From assembly GCA_036172245.1 (NCBI GenBank), contig JAYWIR010000014.1, positions 3,348,001-3,412,000 of the forward strand: a stretch of DNA of 64,000 nucleotides. The letters run 5' to 3'. The notes below the pieces were generated by a model. The model had not been told where the DNA came from. It saw nothing but the letters and a program-made list of their open reading frames with translations, and did no database searches. Source of the DNA: Raillietiella orientalis (lineage: Eukaryota). Positions 24,400 through 36,500 of the stretch are shown in pieces. The position numbers were made by a program, and so were the translations under genes. Position 1 is the first letter of the stretch; each line of letters begins with the position of its first letter.

Positions 24400-25250
24400 T
24401 TTCTTTGCCTATCTGAGAGAAGGGGGGGAAAAAAATCACGTGTACTTTCTAAACATCGAGGAATCTTCATTTCGAAAGAGTTCACGTTTAAAGAAAGTTG
24501 CATATTACCATGCACATGTAAAGCCTTGTGCTTCAAATGTGGGCTGAAGCGAACTGGCACGAACCGCTGAATACGTGAGGCAATGATTCCATCTTTCTTC
24601 CGTTGTAAGATGTTCTCTTCACCTCTACGAACATCAAGTGCATAGGATAATATCTGCAAAATTACCTGCCTCAGTATCTCCATGTTAACAAACATTGACA
24701 TCCTCTCGTTTTCTGTTCGTCATAGATGCATCCGTGCTGCACCTCATGGATGTCATGGCATCCCGGTTGTGAGGGATCTGAGAGAGTCGCATGCTGTTGC
24801 TTCTCCGTGCGATCATAACTCTTCGTAAACCCTGCATAATAATCTTGTCCTCTCGTCTTTACTGCAGGAGCTGTTGCCCTGAGACCTCCAGATTATAAAA
24901 TTTGTTTCTTTCTGTGTTCCCGTCCCAGATTTCCCGATTGTAAGGTTGCTCCTCAAAGATTTGCTAGTTCGTGAGTTTCACGCTGAAACTTCACACGCTG
25001 TGTTGGCACGACTTCCCCGTTTTCAGCCTGTAGGATTCCAGCTCCGACTCCTCCCGGCGAATTCTATTTCTTCCATCCGAAGGTCCCCGCATTCTGACCG
25101 GCTAGTTTTTCTCGTTTCTTCAACTATGAGTTGTTTTCTCGAGCTTCGGAGAGGTCACAGGAAACACCGAGCACGAAGAACTTGGATGCTCGTCCGGCAA
25201 CCGTGGCATGACGAGGCGAGGCACAGGAGCGAAGGAATCGAGTAAGAAGA
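24400..25250 (-). mobile_element. LINE ORF1 remnant
   Basis: ENERMSMFVNMEIL (like LEQ.SR..NIEI) and FVPVRF. Confidence 0.45.
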
Positions 25251-25859
25251 CGGAACTCATGATCTTTGGCTGTTTTATTTCAGGATAGTAAGAAAATTAT
25301 GGAAGGCATAGTAATGAGATGGTTAGAGGTTAAGTAATGGTTGGGAATAGTAGTAGGAGTAGTGTAGTGATCAGTGATGGATATCAAATGTGGTAGAGTC
25401 GGTCTGGATTGTAGAATTTACGTTTGCGATTGTGATTTCCTTGCGAAATTTGTGTTTGCTATCGATTCTGACGAGGCCTCGGGACCGAGTCGAATCGCCT
25501 GGCTATGGATCTGTGAACCGATTCCGTAGACTTCTGAGTATCTGCTGAATAGGGTTCCTGGCTCATCTCGGGGAACACATGCTCAAAGTGAAACACCAGC
25601 TCATAGCACCAGAGTGCCATCGGTAGAGGCTCAAGGTCATATTGCCATCACTACCTGAATCAAGGGAAAAGAACTTTTTGCTTGGAAAAAGTACCGAAAG
25701 TAAGAAACAAATCCGATCGGCTGTAAACCTCACAGAGAACGGAGCACGAAGAAATTGGTTGTTAAGTGCATGAAAGTTTTATGTGATACTGTTCACGATT
25801 ATATCATTATTAGAGTGCCCAGAAGAAGTGAAATAATTCGATCCTACATGGCATCATTC

Positions 25860-28100
25860 TCGTCAGGAGTGGTGATAACCTCGGGAACAGCTCCTGGAAA
25901 TTCATCTAGCTTGAAACTTAGAGCGATCAATTAGAATCCGTTCAGAGGACTGATAGATAAGTTGACTTACCATTTTGAGAGGAGCCAACTTGTGCTGAAA
26001 CTAAACATTCTATTAGCATTGCCTCAAGGGTCATCTTTGGAGCCGAAAAAACAACTGCATAATAGGATCCTCAGAATGTACACTGGACACCAGCACATGT
26101 TCTGCGTCCATTACCGGGTGCAGTTATTCTTTCATTGCTTGCTGAGCTGTTGGTTTTAAGTTTACAAGTGCATTTATTTCTCGAAATTTCCTTTTGCTCC
26201 GGTTGAAACCAAAGGATGTATTTTATAAATCTCAGGTAGATCCCTAAATCCGAAGCTCTCTTCCATACAATCACTCGGACAGGAATTCATCGGGAAGACC
26301 GTGAGATCGCCAGTTCACAGAGGCCCTGTGTGCTCAAGGAAGGTCCGGACAGCAAATCCCAGCGTACCTGGAAAGCAGCCGGAAGTTCGCTCAGACCAAG
26401 AGACACACACGGAGTCAAAATAGGCGAAATTCAATGAGCCAGGTCAGCTTCCTTTACATTAGCAACATTGCTCTGAAATCTGTAACCAATAAACGGAATC
26501 CGCAAATTGTGGCAACGTGGATCGATTGCCCTAGTTGCCTTGGCATCTGGATTCTATCCACTTGGTTAGCGGGAACGCGCTTACCATAAGATGGAGTCAT
26601 GTCCTGTAACGGAGAGGGCTAACAAACGCATTTTCATTCAGCGTCTAATAGAACATTGGAAGGAACAAACACGTGAGGTGCTTATCGTCAGCCTAGGTTG
26701 TTTCATTAGATCTCTTCGCGGTATGGGTGTGATTATTTTGTTTACTTTACTCTCGCATCTGGCATCGATGTTTAGCAACGCGGAGACTATAATCCCTACA
26801 GTACCGCAGTCATTCCTCTGAATAGTGTTGCTTACCTTCCTTTGGATTCGTCTGATATCACACATATGTTGTCCACGAACTCATCCATATCATGTATTAC
26901 TTCTTGATATAAACAGTAATGAAGCAGTTTACAAGCGCCTACTGTGCCGTCCTTCCTCGTACAATTATCAGCGGTAGAGAATTGCTAAAAGCAAAATAGA
27001 GACTCTAAACAGTTGTTTCTTACCACTGGGTTACTGGGGTCTCCCAGGCTGAGAGTTTCATTGAGTTTGCTGATGAATAAACTGTTATCACCTGTGAGGG
27101 CTGATTCCCAGGAAACTAGAGGAAACTCTGAAATAAAACAGTAATAATGGATAGGTCCACACTTACATCTTTGCTTTGTGCAGATACAAGAGGCTTCACG
27201 ACAGAGGTGGGTTACAAATCCCAACCCAAGCACGTGTCTCGATTTATCCAAATTTTCCACCTTCAGGACGGTTCGTATATTCCTAAAGCCCGTACGCGAT
27301 CCTCAAACAGTGCTTTAGATGGAATGAGCAAAGGGGAGTTTTATTGGCACATACTATCGGATGTTTGGAATCAGTTAAGTCTACTGCAGTTTCATCTATT
27401 CGTGAGAAATGGGGCGCAACCAAAAAGAATGCTTCTGAATCCAGATTCCCTCTTTCTATCTTCTACCTCGCCACCTACCTAGGTAGGCACGATGGAAACG
27501 GAGATTCATACGAACAAATTGCTTCTGATTCCTTATGAACATTCCTTCCGTTTTTTTTAAGGGAAGTTTTTTTTTTTTTTTCCTTTTGTGGCCAAATTTT
27601 ATGGAAAGCTTTCGGACGTTCGAGCCACAACGAGTAAATCAAAAGGTACTCAGTGGAAAATTATCAAACCATCCCAAGGGATTACAGAGCGGAAACTTCC
27701 CTTCCCAGATCAGTGGGAAACATGGCAATTTACAAGCCATTTGCAGACTCTTATCCTTTTGACCTAGTGGATGGGCATTTTGCTTTCTGGCGTGATCTTC
27801 GGCACAGTCCTCCGAAGCGGAACTTCGGCATGTTCTTCGGATTATTTGTTTACGCGAAAACGTGCGGTCGCTTACTCGTGGCTCTTTTAGATCCGGCAAG
27901 GAAGCATTGCGACTACTCTCTGGGGCCTAAGACCGAAGTGGCAAAAGTGACCGAAACACACCGGAGATTCCTCATTCCGGTAAAAAGGTCATCAGGGTGC
28001 AGGGATTACGAGTGTGGATGAAAACACACGCGAAAGGAACTTTCACACGTTCAGAAACGTTAAGAAGCAATCAGACTTTTTCTATTAACCGCCACTTTCT
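25860..28100 (-). mobile_element. Cluster of three decayed LINE RT fragments
   Basis: TAPGNG (25860-26280); GF.., YCFISEF, YG.VRGQ (26450-27520); MPKFRFGGL with poly(A) near 27567 (27570-28100). Confidence 0.45.
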
Positions 28101-28399
28101 TTCCAGAACTTTTTGGCACCTCTGCCTTTTTTCGGTTAGCCACCCTCAGTGAGTGTGCGGTTCTTACGACCACTATATCGACCACTTCCGTCGCCACGTT
28201 CATCAGCTGCTTTCTCAAGGGTTTTGCATTATAACGGGCGAGCAGTAATTCTCCCCAGTGCGCAGTTCCCCCTTTTCCTTCTCCATCGGTGGAAAAACAT
28301 AAAGCTAATCAGGCACAGTATTGAGCAGCTCTGCTACGTAGTCCACGTTTCCAGTAGAGGAACAGGGAGTTGGGAGTTGTCAGGGAGTTGAGTCAGCAG

Positions 28400-29650
28400 T
28401 CAGGAAGTTGTTCCGATCCAGGAGAACGCACGAACCAAAGCTGGACGTTCAACGTATTTGGTGGACTGCTAATGTGACTTTTGCGACTGGAAACACTCCT
28501 TGTTTGTTGATGCATCCGGCTTTAGGCTTACAAGAGCAGTGGAGTGGTTCTCAGGAGCAGCTGCATGTGGCTAAGCCAAAGAGATGAACCCTTGTTCATA
28601 AAGATTCTTCAGCCAAGTAATAAGATATGGCGCCTGTAGTATCAAGAATACCGACCGAGATCTCCCTCGCTGCTGGAAGCATCCTTTTCCGTTTTGTTTT
28701 TCGAATCTCGCTTTTGGAAGAGGATATGCCTCTAACGATTCTGGAATGCCTCTGTTATTAACTTCGTACATAAGGCGGAAAACGAGGCAACTTCTAAATA
28801 AGAAAGGACCGTCGCAGGGAGCCCCTAAGACGCAATATCACAAACTAATTATGAGGAAATGCTCGCGGTTTTTTAATGATCTTCGACCGAATTCGGAGGA
28901 AAGTACCTTTGTCTTTTGCACGACTATAATCATCTCCGTCTGCTGAGCGACAGAAAGGAAGCGCTGGAACTGCACAAGGCTTCAGAACCACCAGACTCAA
29001 TCGATCCAGAAGCTCACAAGAGGCATGCTCTTCCGAGATGATAATTTCGAGACTCAAAACAAGGCTGGCGTTGAGTAAACGCAGCATGTAATCTCTTAGA
29101 GGTCTGGTTTGTATCCGCGAAGAAATGTGATCTTGTAAACGGTGCTGTGGTATCCGGAGCTACATAGTTTCTGCATCTTCGAAACACCGCGTTGCAGCAT
29201 AGCGTCAAAGATCAGAGATTGCTGCATCCAACAGCGATGCAGGCAGACAAACAAACAGAAGCGCAGGAAAGCGAAAAAGGCAGCTCCGAATGGTCCGTGA
29301 ATTTCCAGTTCCCTGCAGATATCCTCATATGCACTGGCTTAAAGGAATTCTGCAAATTCGGAGGACGTGAGGTGACGCCCGTATCTGACAGTTAGATCTC
29401 GAAATCCACGCAACATTGGAAAGTCATTCAAGATCCCAAAGATTTCCTTTCGAGGTGTGCATCCTCTGAGATGATCGAGAGTTCCAACATAGATGAGAAA
29501 ATGCTGTTAAGTTGCACCCGGACAACATGGTGAATTTTTTCCAGGAACCAAACCCCTCCAGCACACCAGGAGCAGCTTCCTCGAAATCGCGGGCAAGAGG
29601 GTTCCATATCTTATCCCAGTCAGTACCCTCGCTTTATCCCGGCAAAAGAG
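28400..29650 (+). mobile_element. L1/Tx1-like endonuclease plus linker fragment
   Basis: IQEN, VKDQ, GSSEWSVNFQFPAD..LKEFC (like G.G.WK.N..LL.D), HWKVI. Confidence 0.5.
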
Positions 29651-30499
29651 TTCTCCTGCACTGCTTCTTCCTTTCTTGTGCGTAGGACTCGAGGAAGGAT
29701 CGACGATCCCTTTCCGGATGACTTGATAATTCTAAGAATTTTGTCGCATACGTCCGTCTGTTGGTTGGTGATTCCTACTGAATCCCACGCTGAGACAAGC
29801 GTGCTACAGAGACGTAGCCTTAAACAGCCCGTGATCTGAGGGCGAAGGGAGCGCGTTAGAAGCAAAGGGAAACGGCGTGATACGAGAGCAATTCTGGGGC
29901 TGCTAAGGAACGAGAGAGAAGGACCTTCGAGTCACTGAGTCTCTCGCTCTGGCTCCCATAGAGGGCAGGAGATGAGAAGGGAAGCACGCTGCTCGCAGCT
30001 CGGAACTGTCTTCGAGGGACGAGCCCCACCCGTCCGTCTTCCCCACGCTTCTTGCCACGGGAGCCAGCTCAAAGAGCAGCCCTGAGAGGGACAGGAGATG
30101 CAAGAAGGGAGGAGGATGAAGTGCGCAGGACCAACTTCAGGAATGGGTGCGGCCGCTCGAATAATCTCCTTCAAGCCCGAGGGACATTTTTTTTCTTTCT
30201 AAACTCGTTTCCGGCTCTTTTCTGGGTCGTCCTCAAAGAAGAGACACACCAAAGGTGTCTTCCTTCCTCCCTCCCCCCCTCCTCTCCTCTCCCGAGGGTG
30301 AGAAAAGAAAGAGGATCAGTGTTCAAGCAGGCACACCACACTTGAGAGTTCGCGCCGAACGAAGGGGAAAAAATGAAACCAAACGTTTACTTACTGTCAT
30401 CGAGAACGAAATCCTGGTCCGAAGTGATGAAAGGCGAGGAGGTAGCGAGTCTTAAGGTCCATGTTGGAAGATGGGTCCTTACGGTCTGCGCCTTTAGCG

Positions 30500-31010
30500 G
30501 AGCATAGAAGGAGACGCTCTGAGCACCTGGTCACATGAAGAGTTAGGAGTGCCCCCACAAAACGCGCCTCGAGGTGCAGTCAGTGGAAGGATGGAGGAAG
30601 GTAGAAACTCAGGACAGACAGATTTCCTCCCCTGGTTTCCTGTGGCTCGACTTGGACCCCAGAAAGAAAAGGGGCGTGGAGAATCGAGATAGTGGCGCCG
30701 AGTATGCCACGCGGCCAACATGAGAGACGCTGCCTGTCAGGTAACGCGTAAGCTACCTGTCGATCCAGTCTGCCCATGCTTTTCGAGAGACCGAAAAGGA
30801 AAAGGAAACAAGGAAGCCCTTCTTCTAATCGGAAGCGTCTTCCCCTGCCGTCCACTTCCTACTGCAGGTACTCGACTCCGAGACTGCTCGTTGCCGAGAC
30901 AGAGAATCGCACGTGCGCGTAGCGGTGTGCAAAGATCTCGGCCTCCGCTTTTGCCTGAGAACCATCCCCCTCTAGAACCAACATCCAAAAAGAACAACAG
31001 CTGGTAGATG
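30500..31010 (+). mobile_element. LINE zf-RVT 3' fragment
   Basis: KETL..GHM..ECP...GWRKV. Confidence 0.4.
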
Positions 31011-31199
31011 CGCAAGAAAGCTCGACATAACGTGAGTATGCTGCTCCTTGTTCTCATGTCTTTTTGTTTGTTTCTGTCCTTGGGAAGTTAAGGAACGATG
31101 AATCCACCCAAAAAGGAATTTGCTCATTCCCCTCCCCCCCCCCCCCCCCCCGAAGACACGCCTCTCCGGGCTTCCGGTTCCGATTCCTCATCTTTTCAC

Positions 31200-31800
31200 G
31201 TCGATAGATGCCTCCAAATCTGGATTAAAGGTCCCCTCCTGTTCCGTGCAGCATTCGGTCCCAGATCTGTAGGTCACGAAAGCATCGAAAGCTTCAGCAG
31301 CAGAAGGGTTGGCTTCCTGATCTTGGATTTGACCGCAAGTTTTGACAGTTCCCTTTTTTTCCGAACAGGTCAGCGGATTGGTTACTCAGATAAACATGGG
31401 GTCCTGCCTTGTAGTTGAGGCGAAAATCTCCTCCGTCCCTGGTCACCATGTCCCCCGATGTCGAATGCAGCAAACTCCTCTGAATGAGCGGTGGGAGAAG
31501 GAGAAAATGGGTAAGAGCACCACATGCAGGTTCTTGAGGGACATTCTCACATTTTTCACCCACAGAAGGCACCCCGCTATTGAACCCCAGAAGGTAGAGA
31601 ACCGAATCAGTTACACAACTAATCAACGCTGGGAAGCTGATGCTGAAGGCATCGCTGCTGGAGAGCAGCAATGCCCTGAGCTTCAGTTCGCAGAATCCGC
31701 CGCAGTTTAGCGAACCTGGATCGATTCCTCCACGAGTGCGAGAGGTTCAGTCATCTGAAAGGTCAGTAAGGAGGAACCACATTCAAGACAGTCACTCAGC
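31200..31800 (-). mobile_element. LINE endonuclease fragment just 3' of the ITIH-like gene
   Basis: RDGGDFR (like GGDFN) remnant. Confidence 0.35.
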
Positions 31801-31825
31801 TGAACGTGATCTTCGCCGCGCTGCT

Positions 31826-33529
31826 TTAGTCGAGATAGGAAAGGAAAGGATGCTGGGAATCTTTGGATATCGATGCCGCAGCAGGACTTGGGGAACGTTT
31901 TGAGCATATCGAGAGAACATTACCCCCTGGTATCATGAAGGTGGTGGGATGGTAACCGAAAAAAGGCGTAATCGACAGCTTGTCAACGAACGCCACAGCC
32001 TCTTGACCTGGCTCGACGGAATAGACCTTCTCAGAGACAGAGTCCTCCTCGTCGGGCTTGACGACAACCATGGAAGTGAGCGGGGTCACGAAGTTGTACT
32101 GGTGAATCCCAGCGGGGTCTTTCCAGAGTACTCGTGAAGCCACTTACCTCCAGGGACAAATTCAGAGCTTTCTCGAGCGTCTCGTTCTTCTTGGATTCAT
32201 CTTCAAGTATTACTTCCTGATCTAAAAGATTCTGGATGGTCAGATAAGCCCAAAGTCTTCTCAGAAAGTTTCCATAGAAGCTCTCATCTTCCTCAGATCC
32301 GGGGCGGCGGATCCCTGTCTCATTCCAAGCAGGATTCCAGTCAGCGATACAGTGGAAGACCAATGACCCGTTGAATGAAGTTCCCTCGACGGTTGAAGCC
32401 ATGTTGGCAGCACCTGACCGCAGTTTACCGGCCACAACAAGCTCTGAACCACTGAAGTAGGTGTCAAAGTTCGTCGCAGTCAGGCTATCATTGTCGACGC
32501 TGTCGAGGTATTTCACGCTGACTTTGCGTAGTAAGGGAGCGGAAATCCCTTGGTAAAAGTCCCTCAGCTGCAAGGTGGCATCGGAGTCCTCGTAAATTTT
32601 ACGACTGAGACCTCCGTTTTGCAACGACAATTTCCGAAGGAAGTCGAAGTCCGCCTCTTTCCCGAACCGCAAAGAAAAGATGGGAATCTTCCTGTCGTTG
32701 TTCTTTTTTACGTTGGAAGCTATCTTTGTCACGTTCACCTCGCCCACGGTAGGCTCTCCGTCAGTCAGGAAAACGATCAGGGGCACGAAATTCTCTGGCA
32801 GCGTGCCGATGCCGAAAGAGGTTTGCTTCAGGGCAGCCGTCAAAGCATCATCAATAGCTGTGCTTCCTATGCCTGCAAGGTTGTTGACTACTTCTTTCGC
32901 ATGCTCTATTGTTTCATTGGTCACAGGCACAGGGCTCACTGGCTCAGCAAGGGCTTTGCAGTGGGTGAGGCCACTGCAAGGTCTATGGCTCCTTCCCACC
33001 GTAGTGGAGGAAGTAGGAAGAGAGGTCGGCTTACGAGATGCTCCTGAAACTTCCCAGATCTAAAAATAAACGAAAAATTTCCTGCTCGACAGCTCCAAAG
33101 GGTGTGTCGTTGTCACTTTGATGTCGGTGTTGAACTCTATCAGGGTGAAGTAATCCTCTGCGTTCAGACTCTCCAGGATAATGTGCATGGCTTCCTTGGT
33201 CTGCTCCAGCTTCCTCCCGTACATAGATCCGCTGGTATCCAGGACAAATACGATGTACTTTGGAACGACGGGAATGTTTTCGGGAGAGAAGAAATGCACA
33301 AAATACCCATCGACCACCTTGATGAACACCTTCGGAGTGAACGCCATTCGGAACACCTCCGCGGACAATACCTGAATCTCGTAGGTCTGCCCTCTGTCCA
33401 GGTCATACTCCACGATGAACTGTCCAGAGATTCCATCATGAGACAAGAGTTTCTGCTGAACAGCATTCGGGTAGTAGGATACCAAGACTTTGTTGGGATT
33501 CTCATAAGTGATCGTAGCGTCTTTGTTCT
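31826..33529 (-). CDS. ITIH-like exons 5-8 (vWA domain and following region)
   Basis: Introns 33371-33318 (54 nt), 33116-33060 (57 nt), 32147-32099 (49 nt); DTSGS MIDAS, IVFLTDGEPT, FSGSELVVAGKL. Confidence 0.92.
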
Positions 33530-36500
33530 CTGGAATTGCATGAAAATTATTCATTCTGCATGCAGAAAACAAGAAGAAAACCCACAGCTGATCGGCGAAG
33601 GAGGAAAAGTAAGATTAATTTCTGAGGCCATTGATGTTTTTCTCCCCCTAGAGAGCCCCAGATGATTCTATTGAGATATGAAAGTAGACCGTTAGCTGAT
33701 TTTTTCCTAAGAAAAGAATCCTCTTCTCCAAATCCAGGAATGTCAAGCTGGAGAATTTCTTCATTCATCTTGCAATGAGCTCTCTACCATCCCTTTTTCC
33801 TGCTCGCAGGATGTGATCATGGTGTCACCGTCGAAGCCGCTTTGTTGGTTCTGAGACTTTGAGCCCCTTGCTATGCCATCCATTTGGATCTTCACCGCCC
33901 TGGTTTGTCTGCAACTACAAAAAGTTATACCTCGAAGCCATTTATCCCATTCGTTTTGTCTTTAACATGCTTGCACTTCTTCAATTGGATCTTCTCTACA
34001 TCTCAGCACATTCAGTTTGAGAAGACTCCACGTTCGAAACCAAAGCGACCTTCGCCCAAGAAGCAAGAAGTCTTCACCATCTGTTCAGGAAAACTCGTTT
34101 ATTTGCATCGGTCTTCGTTTTAAACTCCAAGAACAGAATATCTTCGCACACTTGAATGCGTTTAAATATTAAGATGTTGGTTTATTTTCTACTGTTTAGA
34201 AGCGTCGAGAAAATTTTGTTTGTATGTGGCATCGATGACCATAAAGAAAACACTTTTAGAACATGGTATCGAATTCGAGAGGGAAACGGCTCCCACTCTT
34301 CTTGGCTTCGTTCTTCCCCCTGCCACGCTGCCATTGAACGGTGTGATCGCAGGCAACGCCGATACAGAAATCAAGAACCTTCTGTATGACCTTCTAATGT
34401 TGATTTCGTTTCACTCAGCAAGCATCTGGACCAAATTGTTTACTAACGTTTTACGAAATGTTCCCTCTTGTCTGGTGTTAAAAGACAACTCGGCATTCTG
34501 GAATGCGAGCTTATGGCTCCAGGACAGCCTTCTGTTCCGTCACTCCAAAAGTACACTCCCCAAGAGAAATTAAAGGACAAGTACGCTCGCTCTCTGATTT
34601 TGGTTTCAAGGAGCAAATGGTTCGTTCACGAAAACTACCTCAGCAACGAGACGAGAGAACCGGGCACGAGGATGCTGGAAAAATTCCCGCGAGATCTCAA
34701 CTTCCCTGAATACATGGACCAAATAAAACGGAGCACCCAAAGAGATCTTTTCTAGATTATTAGAAAAACCCAAGAAGAAATGGTTTTGAAAAGTTCCCAA
34801 TATTGGCCTCAGCACTGTTAATAATCTATAGTTTTATACGATTTAGTGTTTCAACATTCATAATAAAATCTCGAAACCATGAAATCATTTTTTCCTTACC
34901 TTCGTAGGAGCATTCTATGCATAAAGTAGAATCCTACCAAAAATGCAAGAATGCATTGCCCCCAGGGCGCGATATAGTTTTAACCGCGATGGCTGGAAAC
35001 AGCATTAAATATGAATTAGTACAGGAAATCGGCTTTCTGCACAAGACCCAGAGTGGGTATTTCTAGGGGCACGCAGGCCAAGATCTGCAGTTGCCGACAC
35101 ACCCTTGAAAGCTGTTCCTCCGTAACACCCGAGACAAAAGCACACGAAAGGGATCGCGCAACGAACAGCCGAGCGTGCGTGAAGTGTTGCACATTCGAAC
35201 GCATAGCTCTGCAGCGTTCAATGTGTTAAATTTAATAGGCTGGGATACTATGCAAAGAGCGTGCAATAGCGGAGTTGACTCCTACGAACAAGTACAAACC
35301 TTTGAACTCAGTTCTGATCCTGACATCGTTGCGTACTTCAGGCAAACGCAACGTGGTGATGGGTCTGGATTCCTCGATCGAAACGTCCACTTTCAGGTCT
35401 TTTACTATCTGACCAGGGTTTATGTTGATGGCATGCTCGTACAGATGCCTCTTTCGTTTCAGAAACTCTTCGTAAACCAACTTGTACACCACCTTCTCTC
35501 CGGAGGCGACGTTAATGGAAACTTTGAAGCGGTTGCTGTCTCTTGACCTACGAGTGAGTGCAAAGTAAAGAGACAAACAGTTTTTTCGAAACTTCTAAAA
35601 ATAACAAAACGAATTGAATCAATCCATCGATCCCAACCATCCAAAGAGGAATTTGGAAATTCTGCCTCGTAAAACAAACGAATAGCCATGATGAACACTC
35701 CTACTGGCAAACAACTGTTACCGTTAGTGATGGGATCTTCGCAAAAGGGTACGCAATATCTTCAGTGAGTCGAAGCACAAAAGCTACATCCATCTTTATT
35801 TCGACTCTCCTGGCAGAGCATCTGGAACTACCCAGAACTTCCTTCCCAGTTTTGAACATGCCACCTCTTGGAAACCCTCTTATAAACCCTTGCATCATGA
35901 CCAACGCACGACTCGAAATTCTTTCTCCAGCAAAGGAAAAAATTTTCCTTGATAGAGAACGTTTCGCTCACTTCACGTAACGTTTCCTTGGAAAAATCAA
36001 CCTGGGCTTATTCGGATCTTGGTTCAGGCGGTGGACGATTTTCGATTAGACAGACTGCGACTGAAATTCTCCTGTCTTCGCAGACACCCCGTTCAGCATC
36101 GAAATCAGAAACAAATGATGGATTTCAACTTTTCACAAATGCTTTGCTGTTATCCTTTAGGTAACAGCAACGCTTGTTCACGGACAACAGTTGTTCCCAG
36201 ATCACACTCCCCCCTATATGATCTATGAAGATCGCACAGGAAGATTCATTCTTCACTATCTGCGGCATACAGTGGTATCAAAGTGCTTAGTCTCTAGCCT
36301 TCCTCCAGCCAATCAGGAAGTACTAAGATCGAAAGGAGTCTTCTCGTCCCCTGACTGACTTCTTTTTTTTTTTTTGCACTAAACGTCAAATTCAGCATCA
36401 GAGAGCACGCTAGCACCACTCGTACAATCTCTCATCCTCACTACCGGGCGAGTAACTGATCATTGTTCAGCTACAGCATTCAGATAACCTTAGTTGTTTA

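Noticed and set aside
32031..32147. DPAHF in the ORF-track translation as an ITIH DPHF cleavage motif
   Set aside because: It arises from reading through the 49-nt intron into the wrong frame; the spliced frame is YNFVTPLTSMVV.
34170..34760. Nested host or viral gene in ITIH intron 4
   Set aside because: Frameshifted zf-RVT-type motifs identify it as a LINE 3' fragment.
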